NCBI RefSeq assembly: GCF_003918875.1
Contig: NW_025766847.1
Span: forward strand, 496,001 to 560,000
From: Haliotis rubra
Lineage: Eukaryota
Direction of reading: 5' to 3'
DNA length: 64,000 bases
Shown here in pieces: positions 60,025-64,000 of this stretch. The number at the start of each line of letters is the position of its first letter. Position 1 is the first letter of the stretch. Under the pieces are notes generated by a model. That model ran no database searches and was not told where the DNA came from. It saw only the letters and a list, made by a program, of their open reading frames with translations. Both the position numbers and the translations under genes were made by a program.

Positions 60025-61392
60025 TGCTAAAAGCACATGTAAGCAATTGATATTTTTTAGTGGATAATAACAGATGGATGACTGACAAAAACAACAACAC
60101 AGAAGAAACGCTCACTCATTTAATTGTTTCACAGTCAGAAAGGATCAAACACAATTTGTATTTGCCATTTGCATTCACACATGCAGTGCAACGTCTCTTC
60201 ATTAAGTCAATAAGCATCAGAATAGTGTTCTGGGGGATGGCATTCTACTCCTGGGGGATGGCACTCTACTCCTCAAGGTCCCGGATGTTTCGCATCTGTT
60301 GTCGCCGCGAAAGATGTTGACCAATTTCGTCCCACAAGTGCTCAATAGGGGATAAATCTGGTGACTTTGCTGGCCAATGAATTACCTGGATGTGTTGCTG
60401 GGCCAGATACTGCATGGAAAGTTTAGCTGTGTGTGCCCGTGCGTTGTCCTATTGAAAAGTATGGACATCTTGGTGGTGATTGAAGAATGGTACGACGTGA
60501 TTCTGAAGAATCTGGCCACGGTAGTAAAACAGTAAATAACTCTCCTTTGACAGACATGAATGCAGTCGTGTAATGTAACTTATTCCACCCCAGACCATGA
60601 TACTCTCACCATCCCAACGGTCTGTCTGAACGACACACTACGCATTACGTAGGTGAAAACGTGACTCGTCGGTGAATACCACACCATGCCAGTGTTGTAA
60701 CCCCCATTGAACATGCTTGTTAACCCATTGTATACGCTCATTACGATATCTGTCAATCAGAATTGGTCCAATGTAATAACATTAAGCATGGAGCCCCGCA
60801 GCGAGTAGACGGCGTCGCCCGGTGTCGGCGCTGATGACCCCACGTCGACCTTGAATTAGCTAATGCAGCAGAATTCGATCAGGGACATGGTCATGGACAA
60901 TATGGAAATCTTGACGGCGCGTCGTGACATGTTGTCAAGGTCGTGGAAGTCACGGGTGCTGCCTGTCTGCTGATGTCGTCTATGAAGCCTAACGATGGTG
61001 GAGTGGCTACATCCAAGTCGTCGAGCAATATCTCTGCTGCTGTGCCAACCTGAATCATGCCTAGTGCACGCTCTATTTCCTGAGGTGTCTCTGCCCTCGT
61101 TTCACAATCGTTAGTGAAGAAATGACAATTGTTTTTCATACACCTGCTTTTAAGGTCACAGTCAGCATAATTTCAGAACGAAATTCGCTTTTTTCATGGC
61201 GTGGGTGCATGTTGTTGCGTTTTTGAGTTACGATTATTATGTGAACAGGAACTCGTTTCTAAAACATTTTTTCAACTGGACATGCCCTGTGACTTCATGT
61301 TAGTCATATTCATTGTTAATTGTCATGCTGAAATCCATCTTTATGAAAATATGGACAATTTTAGACTGGTGCGTTTTCAATGCTGGTGAATA

Positions 61393-62908
61393 TATACTGA
61401 ACCTGAAAAGAAACGTCGCTTTTCAAAACCAAATGAAAGATTTTGTTTTTACAACATGGTGTTTATATTATGATTGTATCAGTTTGTTAACATGTTTTTC
61501 AATCCAAATTGACAGTTATTACCAACATCAGTGTGTTTTCTGATGAAAAGGCATATAACGCACCTAAAAAGGCAGACTTGGTAAAAGGTTTCGTATGACA
61601 TTCGTGAAAACGAAAATGCCCGTGCGTATCGTGACAACCCTACCAATGAAAGCGAGTGCCAAACGCGCCTGAAATCATTTTGTTTTTAATCAGTCGCCAT
61701 GGCACGACTTACGAGGGATCAGAGGAATCAAGTCTTGGGACAATTACAAGCTGGCCAGACTGCACTGAGGGTAGCCAATCATTTTAATGTTGATGTTGGG
61801 ACAACCTACCGACTGCAGGAGTGGTATCAGGTCACTAACAGCATCCAAGGCCGTCCACGCAGTGGGCGACCTTCAGTAACATCACAACGTCAAGACCGAC
61901 AGGTTGTGCGCCACCAACTGCAGTATCGCTTCCCCAGAGCGACGGAAACAGCACGCCAGACCATTGGGACTCACAACAGACCCATCAGTGCCGATACAGT
62001 GCGTCGACGTTTGCGCGGAAGAAACCTCTGCTGTCACAGGCCATATCGTAGTCCTGTCCTCACCGCTCATCACCGCCAAAACCGACTGCAATGGGAAACT
62101 CAGCATCGAAATTGGCGTTATCGACAATGGAGAACTTTACATTTTTCTCATGAAAGCCGATATTGTGTTTCGACAGTCGATGGAAGAGTGAGAGTATGGT
62201 GAAGGCTTGTATTGTTGAAATAGACTCGTGGGGTGGTCCAAGCATGATGATGTGGGATGCAATCGGTCTGAACCAGACAGTGGAAACCGTGGTGTTCCAG
62301 AATCTCGGTCCAGGATGAGGAAATCACATGACAGCTGCTCGCTATATTGACCAAGGCATAAGACCCCACGTTGTGCCACACTTTGGAAGTTACAGAAATC
62401 ATATCTTCCAGCAGGACAACGCTCTTGCCCACACTGCCGGAGTAACATTGGACTTCCTAAGACAACATGGCATCCAAACCATACAATAGCCTGCACTCAG
62501 TCCGAATTTGAGTCCAATAGAACACCTTTGGGGCGAGATTCAAAGAAGACTGAATGACCTCCACCCAAGGCCGACAACTGCTGCTTGACTCAATCAGGCA
62601 TTTCACAGAGTATGGACCCAAGTGCATATAGCCTTCGTCAGCCGGCTAATTCATTCCATGCACAGACGATGCAACACTTTCATCGATGCCCATAGAGGCC
62701 ACACACAATACTGACTTTGGGGTATCTTAATGGTACTATTCTTGATGATTTTGTTTGTTTGAACTCTAATTGTGATTCCCGACAATGTGGTAACCATAAC
62801 TGTCAAGTTTGAACTGAATCCTCCGTTTTGATTGTTAATTAGAGTGAATTAAAGTGTGTGCTTTAAGATACCGCTATCGTTGCGACGTTTCTTTTGTGGT
62901 TCAGTATA
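61393..62908 (+). mobile_element. Near full-length Tc1 transposon with disrupted transposase (61699-62714)
   Basis: TIRs TATACTGAACC..AAAAGAAACGTCGC; MARLTRDQRNQ HTH, RPRSGRP, FSHESRY, FQQDNALAH, SPNLSPIEHLWG; in-frame stops. Confidence 0.9.
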
Positions 62909-64000
62909 TAAAGGGGAACCCTTTCTTAGTTACCATCATATCAAAAATGGCGATGGTGTATTGGTGTCATTTGTACTAATTACACTCATAATTAACTCCT
63001 GCAACTTCAAGCATCACTCTCTCGGTGCAGCCATTTCCATCTCAGCACTGTTCACCTGACTGTTAGCACACATGATTTATTTTCTGCCTCAGATTTAGTC
63101 TTTTCTTCCAATAATTCTTTGTACGTATTATACAAGTGTAATATTTGCAATGTTTTTTAAGTTAGTTTCTTCATATATCTCGAGAACACAAAGACTTAAT
63201 AGTGCATTGACGAAAGAATATGTGCATTGGGTTAGAGTTCCTTACGTACCCCCCACCTAATTTTTTACATACCTGGGATCGATCTCGATGTCAGCGTACG
63301 TAAGGAACCCTTTCCTGTATATTGTATATATTAGCCACAAATTCAGGTGAGCCAAGAACAATATTGATCAACTGTTTCTTTCAATCATAACCTTAAAAGG
63401 GCCTCAAAATCTCCTTCAAAATGTTTTAGAGTAACCTCCCTTTGGTTTCAGTCAGTTGCCACTTCCGTCTAAAATTTACAATCATGCCAACTCATGAAAA
63501 CACACTTGGTGTTAGCCTTTCCTGTTGTAATGGCTGCTGCTAGGTAACTCTATAAGCGTGTCAACTATTTTAACTAATATTTCCAAGTTGCAAGAAATGT
63601 TTCGCTTTAAATCTCTTCTATCAGCCTCAAAGGAACAACTTGCACTGTGGCAGTTAGGTTTGATCCAAGCTATTGTGAATTCGACCATTGTGATTGTTTT
63701 ACTCCGTCGCATATAACGTTGAAAGTACGTTAAAATATATCAGGGATAAATTGGAGAAATTTCATTACATGTATTAAGAGCAACTGCTCTTTCATGTAAA
63801 TAAATATGTTGCTTATTGATTTGCTTTTCAAAGGCCAGCTGTTTCTTTGGGCGTTCTATTAAACTGACAGTGGATTTGGAGTCCCATTTCTCCATTGTTA
63901 CCAAGAAGATATGTCCATTTTAGTTGGGGCCTTTTAAGCAGCATGTGAAGAAAAACGTAGGGTCATTTTTGACAAGACGCCAATGACACAGACAAACATG

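Larger units (their letters stand above)
58823..61394 (-). mobile_element. Degenerate Tc1 transposon (transposase remnant about 61100-60150) hosting nested insertions
   Basis: TIRs TCACCAGCATTGAAAAC(A/G)CACC at both ends; minus-strand VFTDESRF, WGGIS, DNARAH, WPAKSPDLSPIEHLWD. Confidence 0.8.

Noticed and set aside
61699-62714. Active Tc1 transposase
   Set aside because: In-frame stops, frameshifts, and the first catalytic Asp changed (FSHESR).

Overview
AT-rich, intron-containing animal genomic DNA. The dispersed repeats (GTGA-tailed SINEs) suggest a mollusc, possibly abalone; that is inference from memory. Two housekeeping genes sit head-to-head: ALG1 (- strand, 13 exons, 46871..31640, 459 aa) and ANKRD54 (+ strand, 7 coding exons, 47251..55781, about 283 aa). 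The most notable content is a cluster of seven copies of an unrecognised two-exon gene for a ~152-153 aa helical protein, at 3.6k(+), 10.2k(-), 11.6k(+), 15.9k(+), 20.2k(+, exon 2 only), 29.4k(+) and 35.2k(+, antisense inside ALG1 intron 10). The ORF track shows it only as fragments. The copies share a modular TATA-type upstream cassette and a near-identical exon 2, and most have TGTAAATA (Pumilio-type) 3' UTR motifs. Their introns, 5' UTRs and N-termini have diverged, except among the recent duplicates 4/5/6. Duplication of the cluster also copied the ALG1 last exon. The rest is decayed transposons (Kolobok-like, Tc1, pogo/Tigger, hAT-like MITE, LINEs, SINEs, foldback elements) and minisatellites. 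One minisatellite reiterates a real ANKRD54 splice donor. One element ends in a long hairpin whose mismatches become tandem G.A pairs with a GCGAAAGC loop on the minus strand. Some local garbling (copy 3, upstream of copy 7) may be assembly error.
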